DNA of 63,945 bases, filler included, from Olpidium bornovanus S191 (GCA_017911155.1; 26 parts of 26 records of this genome joined end to end with filler, not necessarily neighbours in it), one strand, 5' to 3'; positions 49,108 through 60,547 are shown, numbered from the whole stretch's first letter. Numbers and translations are program-made. Notes: generated from the letters alone by a model not told the origin.

Positions 49108-50175
49108 ATGGCGGGAGAAGGACACTCCGGGGGCGGCGCAGGAAGCGGCGGGAGGATACACTTCGGGAGCATAGAGGAGCACCTGAGGGCGAGCAAGAAA
49201 GCGAAGCTCACGGGCGACCAGGGGGCGGCGTCCGGCGCAGCTGCCGGAAACGGCAACGACGACGAGGGCGGTGACCAGGTGAGCCAGGTTCCTCAAGGCA
49301 GTGCCCCTCATTGTGGCCCCTGCAGGCGGGCAGCAGAACGGAGTGGAACCGTCTCTTCGGCAGAACGGGGGCCCCTCCGGATTCTTTCGTGTTCCGCGAT
49401 GCGCGCCGGGGGTGCGCGCGCTTTTTGTCGACGCTGTCTTGTCCCGCGTGCCGACTTGCCGCCGCGCTCTTGTCCTCGGCCCCCCGCGCGGTTTCGCGTT
49501 TGCCAACGTTTTCTCTTTGACCTCCCGCAAAAAGGCCAACGGCGTGAACTTGGAAGACCTCGGTACGACGCCCGGGCGGCTTGCTTTGACGGCGCCGCGC
49601 GGTTAACGGCCCGTCAGCTTTACAGACTGGCACGCGGCTGAGTCCGTCCGTGCACCCCGACCGGAACAGACGATGCCTCGGACCACGAAGGGGCGACCCG
49701 CGGACTGTCGGAGTCGTCGATCCGCGCGCGAGAAGGTCACCAGGCCGTCCTAGCCGAGTTTGAAAGGAAAAAACGGGCGAGGGACGTCGCCGTGCCCACC
49801 GATGACCGGAAAGTCCGCGCAAGGCTCCAGGAACTTGACGAGCCCCAGTGCCTGTTCGGCGAAGGTGTACGTTTCGTCGGCATTCCTGGGGTGGTCGTGC
49901 AAACCCCCGCGTTCCTTCGCCGACTGTTTCTTAAACGAAAACTTTTATTATATAATTGTGTGGTTGATTCGAGCACAGCCTGCAGACCGACGTGACAGAT
50001 TGCGATACCATTTGTCGAAGTTAGCCGGCCAGGAGATCCCGGGAGACGCGGAGGCCATGGATATGGAGTCCGAGGAAGAGGAGGAGGTAAACATTGCTCG
50101 GTATAATTGCGGTATCGCTGTGTCGCTGATTTCTAGAAACGTCGCTCTGAGGGCACTCCTTTTGCATTTGCAGGA
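49108..50175 (+). CDS. PRP4: U4/U6 snRNP protein Prp4, N-terminal part
   Basis: IHFGSIEE and [26 protein letters not shown]|PADRRDRLR (PRP4/SFM motif). The WD40 part is off the contig. Confidence 0.92.
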
Positions 50176-50275
50176 NNNNNNNNNNNNNNNNNNNNNNNNN
50201 NNNNNNNNNNNNNNNNNNNTTAATTAATTAANNNNNNNNNNNNNNNNNNNNNNNNNNNNNNNNNNNNNNNNNNNN

Positions 50276-51475
50276 CCCTGCTGCTGCTGCTGCTGCTGCT
50301 GCTCGGTTCACGCTTGCGGACGTTGCCCCCCTCGGAAAAAGCGGTTCCCCAAGGAGCGAGAGCTGCCGCTGCATTGACGGTGGTCCCTGGCCCATGGTCG
50401 GCGCCGGACGTGTATCGACCGGAACCGGCGAAAACGTCGTTGCCGCTGCCGCAATTACGCTTGCTTCCGGCCGCGCCGTTATTGGAGGTCCTGGACCAGA
50501 TGGACTGCACTTTGACCGGTCGGAAAACTCTGTCCTGTTTGGTGGCGAAGCGAGTGCGTGCGGCCCCGTCGACTCTAAATTGTAGGCAGGTGACTGGTTT
50601 TCGGCTGGCGGGTCCGAGTCGTCTACATCTCCTTCATCGTCAGCCACGGTCGGCCCCACCCGCTGCGACAGCGGCCACGCTTCCTCGTCGATCGTACTCA
50701 CCTCCGAAGGGGCCCTCTGATCACTATCATCACCATCTCCTTCCGCGTTCCCAGTAGCATCCAGGCGCCCTGTTGGCCGGGAAAATGCCGTTGCGGGAGT
50801 GTCCGCGGACACTGCGACCCGTTTGACGCTCTGGGTGCTCATCGCATCAACCGGCCTGGCTGTGCCGTCACAGCCGGCTCCTTTTGGTTTTGTGTCCTCG
50901 CCGCCAGCCGCCATCATCCGCCGGAAAATTCGCCGATAATGTCCTTTGCAGACGCAAATAAACCGCGGTTGAATTTTCGGAATAGAGCCCGAACCCACTT
51001 CGAGAGCCCGCTGATGTTCGTCGGGTGAAGAAAGCGATGGTCAAGAAGGACGATTGCGCCCTATAATCGTAAAATGCTTGGTCAGGGAACTTCGCGAGAA
51101 GACGCAAAGGGGTTTGGTGCTTGACTGCCGAAAAAAGTGGGCGCCTTCAAGCTCTGCTGTTTTTGAGTACAACACAGTCGCCGAACAATCAGAAACGAGA
51201 AGCTTACCCAGTCGTTGCAATGCCGGATACAGCGGTCGAGGGCCTGGTTTATGGCCCGAAACGCCTGTATCTCATACCACTGGTTTTCAGAGAGCATGGC
51301 CAGCGATTTCGCCTGGCCCGATCTGTCGAAACCCCCCGGAACCGGGTTGGCGATTGCGCGCGCCCGAGAGAAGCGCATGTCATTGTACTCACGTTTGAGC
51401 TTCATGACGATGTCTTTCACGTTCGGGTATGGAATACCAACAGCCATGACGAGGCGCGCATAGTCGTCGCTGAAG
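50276..51475 (-). CDS. BRIP1: FANCJ/BRIP1-like Fe-S DNA helicase, C-terminal helicase region
   Basis: [52 protein letters not shown]|[10 protein letters not shown]...ISGLSKW, followed by a low-complexity tail. Confidence 0.88.
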
Positions 51476-51575
51476 NNNNNNNNNNNNNNNNNNNNNNNNN
51501 NNNNNNNNNNNNNNNNNNNTTAATTAATTAANNNNNNNNNNNNNNNNNNNNNNNNNNNNNNNNNNNNNNNNNNNN

Positions 51576-53403
51576 GCATGGACTCGAAAGTGACGCCTTC
51601 TTCTTACGTGCCCCTGCAATTAATGTCACAGTCGGGCCTTTCTGCAGAGATCTACGCAGGCGCGCCCGTGGAAGGTGTAAACAAGCCCAAGCCCATACTG
51701 CCCAAGTCGCTGCAAAAGAAGTACATCTCCGGCCTCACATCTTTCGCGTCGACGGGAACCGTTGGTCAGAACTCGAGCTCGTCGTCAGTGGCCGGCTCGT
51801 CCGTCAGCAACACGTACATCGTCCTGCCCGGAGGTGACCCGTTGGGGATAGGTTACTCGGCCGTTGTTGTTGGAATGAAGGACAGGGAAGGCAAAGAGAA
51901 GGAAAAGGCCGGATCCACGTGGACGCCGTTCAACTTTGTCAAAAGCCTGACTTCCCAGGACGAAGAGCCCCGCCCGATTAAGCTCGTCGACATCGACCCC
52001 CTCGAGCTGGCTCGCCAGCTGACCCTCATTGAGTTCGACTTGTTCTCGTCCATACAGGTGTGCTCGAATGCGATTTGCCTTACGATGCCAGCGTTGAAAC
52101 ATACAGTTCGCCTAGGTGTGTCTAGTTTAAAATACGTGTAATGCTACTCCTTCGGCAGCCCTTCGAGTTTTTGGGGCAAGCATGGACAAAGGAAGATCGG
52201 CAAGTGCGGGCGCCAAACATTTGCCGAATGGCAAAGTGGGCGAATCACGTAATTTTTTTCTTTGTTTTGCGCGGCGAGGTTCGCCTAGCTGCGCGTCAAA
52301 CATGTTAAACGTGAATGCCGCAAATCCTGCCGACGGCCCTGCTTCGCTGTGCGTCGTTAGGTTGTTCACTGGGTGGTCACCGAGATCGTCTCCGTCAAAG
52401 AGCTCAAAGGTCGAATAAGCATATACGAGCGGTTTATCAACTTGGCATCTGTAAGAATTTCTGTTGACTGACTAAAAACGACGGGGCCTTTGGTGAATCC
52501 CCTGTGTCGCGGGCCCCACAGCGGAGGATGTAACTAACTTTTTTCCCGTCTTCCCTGCCACCATTGTTGCGTGGGGTGTGTGGGGGCCCCTGTGTTTCCA
52601 CTCTTACTCCAGCATCTAAACGAATTAAACAACTTCAACGGCGTCAAAGAAATCCTTGCCGCTCTACAGTCGTCTGCCGTATTTCGCTTAAAAAAAACTA
52701 GAGAAGTCTGTCACGGGGAATCCGGTGGCGATAGGTTTTGGCTTCGGTGTCATCGTTGCGGCCATTGACTCGGGCGCGGCCGCACACCGGTCTAGTGCTT
52801 GGGGCAAAAGTCGCTGAAGGCCCTAGACGACCTGGTGCGGAGCACAAGTAGCGAGTTAAATTTCAAGAATCTGCGAGCAAAAGTGCACGCGGCCGAGCCG
52901 CCAGGTTAGAGGAATGCTTTCATGTGCCCCCTTCCCCCTCCGACCTGGAATTTAACAACCCGCAGTCGTTATTCGGATATTTTCGACTCACTTCTAATGC
53001 GACACCCGACTCGCGTACGAAATTTCTTTTTTTTTTGCGTTCATGGAGTGATACCCTTCCCGGGCGTCTACTGCAGCGATCTCGTCTTCCTAGACACTTG
53101 TTCCAAGAGCACGTTGGATGGTGGCCTCGTGAACTTCCACAAGTTTCAGAAAATTGCGAGCTACATCCTGGAGTTGCAGGTGTGCGCGCCCTGTTCCGTG
53201 GACGAATTCCGGCCCGGCTTCGTACAAGGGTGGCGCGGGTGGGGTGGGGGGAGGGGGGAGGGGGGAGGGTTTTGTCGACGAACATGACAAAGCCTAGATC
53301 CCCGCGAAAATGACCTCTCTCGTCCGCAAATCCAGGTCTACCAACAAACCTCCTACGCGCTGGAGCCCGTGTCGGAAATCCAAGATTATGTCAGAGAGTA
53401 CAA
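51576..53403 (+). CDS. RasGEF (CDC25-type catalytic domain), partial
   Basis: IDPLELARQLTLIEFDLFSSI, LNNFNGVKEILAALQSSAVFRLKKT, IPFPGVYCSDLVFLD and VNFHKF across many short introns. Confidence 0.92.
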
Positions 53404-53503
53404 NNNNNNNNNNNNNNNNNNNNNNNNNNNNNNNNNNNNNNNNNNNNTTAATTAATTAANNNNNNNNNNNNNNNNNNNNNNNNNNNNNNNNNNNNNNNNN
53501 NNN

Positions 53504-54160
53504 CTCTTGCACGAAGGCCAAGGAGTCCTTGTGAGCGGGATGAGCGGAGACGAGATCTGCCATTCGTTGTTCGCGCGCACCGTTGCCAAAGGCGAGGTTC
53601 TGAAGTAACACGTTAATAACCATGCTGCGCGGTGTCTCAAACAGCTGGTTGGCGATTCTGTTGAACGCATTGTTAAAGGTGGAAACGGTGTCGTAATTCT
53701 TCAAGCGGTTGTTCTTGTTGAGAGAGGTATGGGTTTTGCGCCGGTGTGAGGCGTTATATTGTACATAGAGATTTACGCGTTATAAGGAGATTACATTCAG
53801 GGGTTCCAACCAACCGCCCGGTAATGAAACGGAAGCAAAGGAAGAAAGAAAACTACGCTTAAATCAACAGTTCCAGAGCTCTTGAAACAGGCGGCGTTCG
53901 AGATCTTGTGGAAGGAAGCGCCGCTGCAAGAGCGCTTGGAGCTCTGTCCAGGAGTCGCACTTGAGGTCAGGGCTTGCTTTGAAGTGTAGCCAGTAGTCCA
54001 AGGCGTCTTTCGTGAGGTGACCGCCAGCGGCGACTAGTTTCATTTGCTCGCTGATCTTCCGGCCGAGAAGCGCGAAGTATTCGTCGTTCTGATTGACGAA
54101 CTGTCTGAGCGCGAAACCGCCACCTCTGCCATCGTACTTGGGCTCATAACCTGAGCGGAC
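53504..54160 (-). mobile_element. Ty3/gypsy-type gag (capsid) remnant, interrupted by a solo LTR
   Basis: PKYDG...FVNQNDEYF...KL.AAGGHL.KDALDYW...SWTELQALLQRRFLP...LFQELWN[insertion]NRLKNYDTVSTFNNAF (Retrotrans_gag pattern). Confidence 0.8.
53716..53869. mobile_element. 154-bp solo LTR
   Basis: TGTTGA...TCAACA ends, flanked by GTTCT (53711-53715) and GTTCC (53870-53874). Removing it restores the gag frame. Confidence 0.85.
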
Positions 54161-54287
54161 AGCGTAGAGTTCTCTTTTGTATTGTTGACAGGAAGAAGAG
54201 AAAAGGAGGAGGAGTGTGGCGTGCGCGGCGTTTATGTGCGTGGTCACGTGGCCGGTGGGTCGTAATCTACGTCAAGAATCCCCGACA
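54140..54287 (-). mobile_element. Putative 136-bp LTR (54152-54287) plus Ty5/copia-type primer-binding site (54140-54151)
   Basis: TG...CA-bounded segment with a pyrimidine tract, followed directly by GGTTATGAGCCC. The 5' boundary is tentative. Confidence 0.5.
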
Positions 54288-54295
54288 TATTTCGC

Positions 54296-54646
54296 GTCAG
54301 GGTCCCCATCAGAAATCCATCCGTCAGAATCATTCCCTCACAATCTCCGTCTAATTCTGCATCAGAATCCCAATCAGGTTTTACGTCAGGATCCCCTCCA
54401 GATTCTGCATCAGAATCCCCTTCAGGTTCTGCGCCAGAATCCCTGTCTGATTCTGCTTCAGAATCCCCGTCATATTTTTGCTTCAGGATCATTGTCAGAA
54501 TTAGACTCAGAATTCCCGTCAGAATCATTCTTCAGAATCTCTGTTAGATTTTCCTGCATCAAAATCCCCATCGAATTCCGCTTCAAAATCTCTGTCAGCT
54601 CTGGGTCAGGGTCTGCGTCGAATTCTGAATTCAGACTTTTAAAATT
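54296..54646. repeat. Degenerate 24-bp (12-bp subunit) minisatellite
   Basis: Repeated CAGAATCCCnnTCAG(A/G)TTCTGCnT units. Reads QNPxQILx on the + strand and D/S/E-rich on the - strand. Confidence 0.8.
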
Positions 54647-56284
54647 GGCCAAATTTCAGACGTTTATCTGGACGCAGGAAACTCCTTGAAGATCAATAAA
54701 TTTCCCAAATTTTCAGCATAACCGGTTAAAGTTAATACGAAGGCAACATCCGGCGAAGCCCCGTGAACCGACAGGCATTATTGATCAACGTCGAGTGCAC
54801 TTGTTGGTCTGGGCAAAGAAGGGCGAACAAGGCAAGCAACTTCTAAGAAAGGCTGCAGAACAGCCCTCTCTCCACGAGGAGTGTTTCCCCCTGCTGGGAC
54901 AGCCCAGCCGTAATGGAGTGCTGCGTCCTATTTAGATTATAGATATGATCAGACAAAAACGCAGTTTGCAACGCTAAAGTGCTGGCAAAAGTTGCAGACC
55001 CACGTAATTTGCAGTGTCGTAAGACCTTTTTCCTTGGCTCGTCACTTGTTGGTCTGGGGACCAGCGCAGTCGGATCGTCCCTGCACTCTGCAAGGGCATC
55101 CATGTTGCCCTTGCAGACGGAGAAGGGAAGTCCAAGCTCCCCAGGACGCAATTGGGCGGGGCGCGGATGAGAAAACGGCGTTCAATGCGACGTTTGACTG
55201 ATCTGAGATAGCCGCAGTTTGTGTGGTAAAGACCGGCGCCTTCTTGAGATCCCCCCCCCTGCGTGCCCACACTGCGGAAAGGGTGGTGGCGGCCAGAACG
55301 GAGTGCAGAGAAACCACGGGGCTCCGGCCGCCGGAGTCTCTCTCGTTTCGCGCAGGTGCGCGCGTGGTGGTTCGGCTGTGGCTGCCCCCCACCCGCGTCC
55401 CTCGGTTCTCTGGGCGTTTTGTTTTTGCGTTTCGAACCGCGAGTAAAATTTTCATTTCTCCTCCCGCCGTCTCTGCTGGGCGCGGCCCGGAAATTCCCGG
55501 GACGATTCTTTCGCCCCCCCCCCGTTTTCGGGGCCCCCCCCCCCTCGTGACCTGCTCGTGACTTCTCTCGGTCCGTCCGTCTCCTTTCTCCCTCCCCACC
55601 CCCCTTCCNNNNNNNNNNNNNNNNNNNNNNNNNNNNNNNNNNNNNNNNNNNNTTAATTAATTAANNNNNNNNNNNNNNNNNNNNNNNNNNNNNNNNNNNN
55701 NNNNNNNNCATGTGCATTCATTTAGGCTCTGGTTCTCCGGCCGGTCGCGTTTTTGGTTGCCTGGCCGCTCCTTCCTTGCGGCATCGCGCGGCGTGCGTGC
55801 AGGGGAAAAACGGGGTTTTTTGCGAGTTCTCAACCGCACGTTCGTTTTTGGAACCAACTTGCAACGCCGTCGCATACCTTCCGCAGAGGGCCTGGTCCCG
55901 ATCGGTCTTGCGAACAAGGTTACGCTGACGTCTTTGCCCTTTGCCTTGAGAGCAGCAGCACCGGCGTGGACGCAGAAAAATGGGCCTCACCTCTCCCGAA
56001 GTCGTTCGCTTGTTCCGCGGCTGCGGGAGAAGGAAGGAAGCGGCGGCGGGAGCGGCGGCGGGAGCGGCCAGGAGGTGCGCCGGAGGGAGAGGGTGGGGCG
56101 GCACCTTCGGCGTGCACATTTTACATTCTGCGAATTGGGCCCGCACTCACACTGTCTTCCGGGGTGGCGCAGAAAAAAAAAAAAAAGAAAAAAAAAATAT
56201 AAAAGAAATTTCGCTTCCCGGAGCGAAGCCTCCCCCGCCCACCCAGAAACAGCGCGCCGAACTCCCTCGCCCACCGTGCAAATC

Positions 56285-57464
56285 ATGTCGGCCGCGGGGC
56301 CGCCGCCCCCGCGCATCGCCGCCGCCGCGGCGGCCCTCCTGCTTCGCCGCCGCCCTTCCCCCGCGCCGGCCTGGGCGCTCCTTTCGCTCTCCTGCCCCGC
56401 CGCACGTCGCCGCGCGCACCCGCTGCGCAGCGCCGCCCCCGCCGCCGTCGTCCCGGCGCCCCTCCGTTCCTCGTGCCCGCCCGCGCGGCGCCGGCTGTCC
56501 TCCGCCCGTCCCGCGCGGGAGGCCGCGGCGCTGCGCTCGCCGGCGGTTCGAGACGTCCCGGACGGCGCGGCGGCGGAGCCGGCGGCTCCCGGCGGCGAGG
56601 CTCCCTTGGAAATGTACCGAGGGGTAGGTGCGAACTCCCCCGGCGGACACACCGCCGGCGCGTCGCGGTTCCTGGTTGGCCCCAAAAAAAAAAAAAAAAA
56701 ACGAGGGCAACCCTTTTTTTTTTCCTCCTTCTTACCGGCCGGCTCACGGATGCCTCCCCTTCGCGCCGCCTCGGCGCGTCTGGGCTGGTGCGGGCCAAAA
56801 TGAAATAAAATAAAATGAAATATTCGACCAGTCCATGCGCACGTCCGTGAGGTCGCTTAAGATCTTCTCGTCGTCGAGTCTCGTCGTTTCGGGTGCGTTG
56901 TTTGGCCAGTCTGCGCTTTCCGGGATTAGGCCTCCGTGAAAGGATGTCGAGGTGGGGTGGATCGTGCCGGAAGCGTCGCCGACTGACGCGGAACGTTAAT
57001 CTCGAATACCGTATTGCAGTGGCCTCCATACCTGTTGTCCTTTTGGCGGACGTGTCGATGCCTGTATCCGCGCGGTGCTGGTTCTTGCTCGCCGGTGAGC
57101 CCTCACTTTGCTTCGGGAATCTGATTGAGCTAGCTGGGGTGGCGTCGGCACGCCGTTGTACCCTCTGCTCATTCTTTTTCTCCTTTGTCACCTCCTTTTC
57201 TCCTCCACTTTTTTTTAAAAAAATGATAAGCCGTTGGATCTAGTGCTGTTTCCTCATTCGCTGTACACTGGTGGATGTCGAGTTACGTGATCAGCATCTT
57301 CATGAATGAGTCGAGTCTGAGGCGACTTGAGGCCCATCCGCACCCCTCGCAGCTCTGCCCGCCGCAGTCTTCTCTGTCCTCCCCAGGCCCGCCGCCCCCC
57401 GACCCCCCGATATTCGCGGACTTCCGCACGCTGAAATTTTTCGGCGGCGTGCGCAGAAACATCG
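56285..57464 (+). CDS. TMEM70: TMEM70-family mitochondrial inner-membrane protein, 3' partial
   Basis: Arg/Ala-rich presequence, MYRG|PMRTSVRSLKIFSSSSL, two hydrophobic segments, HWWMSSYVISI and FRTLKFFG. Family call from recalled motifs. Confidence 0.62.
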
Positions 57465-57937
57465 NNNNNNNNNNNNNNNNNNNNNNNNNNNNNNNNNNNN
57501 NNNNNNNNTTAATTAATTAANNNNNNNNNNNNNNNNNNNNNNNNNNNNNNNNNNNNNNNNNNNNGCGGCGTGGCGACGGCCCGTGCTGCCGGAACCTGAC
57601 GACGACCCAGCGGGGGACCTGGCGTTGTCGTCGTCTTCGCTCCATCTGCTCGAGGACGACATTGTAGATTTTTAAAACCGCGCCCTGCCGCGTTCCCGCC
57701 CCGACGAGCGGCGGAGGAAAGCCCTGCTGTTTGTGGCCTTCCAGGACGGCCCGAGGAAGTCGAAACTCGTATATGCTGATTTTCCACGTGTTCCCCGACA
57801 AACGTTTACGCCCATTCATCATTCTTAACGCTCCCAACAACAAACATTTCGGTTTGCATCCCCGACTTTCTTTTTTTTCTTTTCTTTTTTTTTTTGTTTT
57901 TTTTTTGTTAATTTCTCGTGTACAGTTTCAATCTTTT

Positions 57938-57981
<44 letters not shown>

Positions 57982-58408
57982 CATTATTTTTTTTTTTTTT
58001 TTTTTTTTTCCGGGCCTGCTGTGTTTCCGCGGCAACGCTCCTCTCTCTTTTTTGGAAGTCGCGGGCGAAAGAAAAACGAGGAGGTGGGAAAAGTTCAGAA
58101 AAAAAAAAAAAAAAACAGAAAAAAAAAAAACACGTAAGAATCTCCCAGAAAACGCCCTCCTCGTCTGTCCCCCCGCGCCGACCTTCTTCCCCTCCGCCCC
58201 CCGGCCGGGCGCCCCCCACCGCGTCTCTCTCATTCTCTCTCTCTCTCTGCCCTGCGTCTTGCCGTTCGCCCCGCCGGCCCCGCCCCCTTCCCTTGCTCCG
58301 GGCCGCCCGTCTGTGCGGCTGCGCCCGCGCGCCACCCGGGAACAAACCGAGCGGGGCGGGAACTGTGAGGGCGGAGGGGAACGGCAGGGCGGGGTTGGAA
58401 GGGGAGAA

Positions 58409-59821
58409 ATGCCGCCGCCTGCGGCGGAAAGCCGCGCCGCCGTCTGCCCGTGCGATGCCCACGCGTCCACGCTCGCGAGCGTCCACTCGCCCGAGTCTGC
58501 CCACGCGTGGGCCGCCGGAGGGGCGCTCCCGGCCGCGATCGTCGGCGTCGTCGTCGCCTTGATGGCCCTCGTCGCCGCCGTCGGCGCCTGCTGCCACCGG
58601 CGGTCGAGGAGGCGGCGCGAGCGGAACCGCGACCGCCGCAACGCCAGCCTCAGGAAGAGCGGCGCCCAGGTCGTGCGCGACGTGAAGTCCGCGTTCCCGA
58701 ACCCGCCGCCCGCCCACTCCGACCGCCGCCGCCCGCCGCCGCCGCCCGCCGCGGTTCGCGGCGCGTCCTGGCACTCGCACCCGGACGCCAAAGGCGCCTG
58801 GGGCCCCGTCCCCGACGTCGCGAGGAAGCTGTCTGCGGTGGCGGTGGCGCCGGCCGTCGTGGCGCCGAGCTCCCCGGCATCCGCGGCGGCGATCAGCAAG
58901 TGGCCCGCCCCGCCGCCGCCTCCGCCGGTCCCTGCCGCTCGCCGCCCGCTCTGGGTCTCCTCCATGCCGGTGCTCGCCCCGCCCGCCGCGCGCCGGTCCC
59001 CGGCCCTGCCGCCGCCGCCGCCGCCGCCCGCCGCCGAGTCTCCCGCCCCTGTACCGGTGGCGCCGGGCCACGCCGCCGTCTACGCCGCGGCCCACGATCC
59101 CGTGGCCGCCAGCCTGGCCTTGCCTGCCCACGCCATCAGCACCAGCGACGGCCCCGCGCCCTGCGGCGGCTACTACGACGAGCCGGGCGCCACTTTCGCC
59201 GGCTACGCCGAGTACATGTTTTCGGTCCGCGACGAGCGCGCCGCCATCGACCGCGTTAGGAGTATGCGGTACCGCGCGTGCGACGGCGGGGCCGACTCGC
59301 CGCCCGCCTTCCCGTACGCCGGCTACCTCGCCCGCCCGTCGTCCACCGCCTCGGGAGTCGTCCAATTTGCAGGCGCGCCGCCCGACGAGCAGCGCGGGGG
59401 GCGGAAAATCGCGCCAGGAGGCGGCGCCGACGGAGCCGACGAGCAGCGCCAGGGCCACGGCGGCAACGCGGAGAAAAGTCGGTTCGATTGCAACCGGCCG
59501 CCCGCCGGCGCGGGCTTCGCCTGGACGAGAGGAGCCGCCCCGGACGGCCGGGAGCGGTGCTCGTCCGACACGAATCCCGCCGCAGACGCCGGCATCGTAA
59601 CGCCCATGGATATCCTCACAGGTTCCGCCGAGCCTCACCGCGTGTCGGCGCGCGCCTGCCCGGAACCCGGGAGGCTGGCGGACCGCCGCCCTTCGATGCC
59701 TTCCGACATCGTCTTTGGGTGGTCGCGCTCTTCTTGGTCGCCGTCGTCGGCCTGGAACACGCGGCAGACGCCCGGCTCGTCCAGGCCGGGATCCGACTGC
59801 CCCAATGCGGCTGCCGCGTAA
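58409..59821 (+). CDS. Single-pass membrane protein with a long Pro-rich cytoplasmic tail, 470 aa
   Basis: No cleavable signal. Hydrophobic segment AAIVGVVVALMALVAAVGACC, followed by an Arg cluster and polyproline runs. Confidence 0.65.
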   Translation: MPPPAAESRAAVCPCDAHASTLASVHSPESAHAWAAGGALPAAIVGVVVALMALVAAVGACCHRRSRRRRERNRDRRNASLRKSGAQVVRDVKSAFPNPPPAHSDRRRPPPPPAAVRGASWHSHPDAKGAWGPVPDVARKLSAVAVAPAVVAPSSPASAAAISKWPAPPPPPPVPAARRPLWVSSMPVLAPPAARRSPALPPPPPPPAAESPAPVPVAPGHAAVYAAAHDPVAASLALPAHAISTSDGPAPCGGYYDEPGATFAGYAEYMFSVRDERAAIDRVRSMRYRACDGGADSPPAFPYAGYLARPSSTASGVVQFAGAPPDEQRGGRKIAPGGGADGADEQRQGHGGNAEKSRFDCNRPPAGAGFAWTRGAAPDGRERCSSDTNPAADAGIVTPMDILTGSAEPHRVSARACPEPGRLADRRPSMPSDIVFGWSRSSWSPSSAWNTRQTPGSSRPGSDCPNAAAA

Positions 59822-60547
59822 ACCTCTTCCCGGCAGACCCGACGCCGACCCTTGTTGCGTCTTTTCCGCGTGCTGGCCTTCCGCGCACAGCAAGCGATAG
59901 AATTTCGACGACGGGTGTTCCTCCCCCCCTTCCTCCACCTCCGATACTCCAGCATCCGCCGTGTTCCGGCTCAACCACACCCCGGCCTTGCCACCACACG
60001 CATTTCCATTTTAGTCCACGTGATTCGACACAAGAGTACCCAACTCCACAGATATTTGGCACAAAGCGGCGCAAAGCTTGTAAACGCCTGCCGACAAAAG
60101 AGGCCAACCGCTGGCAAAACTGCATCGCATTTTCGCAAAATGAAAGCTCCGCACGGTGTGACGAAAGACGTAGTGGGTCTGGGACTTGGCGTTGTGGGGG
60201 TCTGATGCATAGCCTGAGTTGGCGTAACGATGAGCGTGGGGTTCGCGGAGGAGACACGACAATCCTCGGAACATTGTGAAACCGACAACCACTGCGGAGC
60301 ACCTTACTTGTTCAAAATGTGGCTGTTCTCCATAACACAATCTCCCGTAGCCGCCTTGAGATCCGTCCTCCCTGACACGATAATCCCCCCTCCCGTCTAT
60401 CTCTCTCTAGCTCTCTCTCTCTTTTCCTCCATCGCCCTCTTTCTCTCTCTCTCTCTCTCATTTTTTGCACCGTCTTCAAACACAATCCATCCAGTCCGTC
60501 GAGGGCCGGTGCAGCGGCTTTTTCGTGCCGTCCAACGTGCTCGCATT

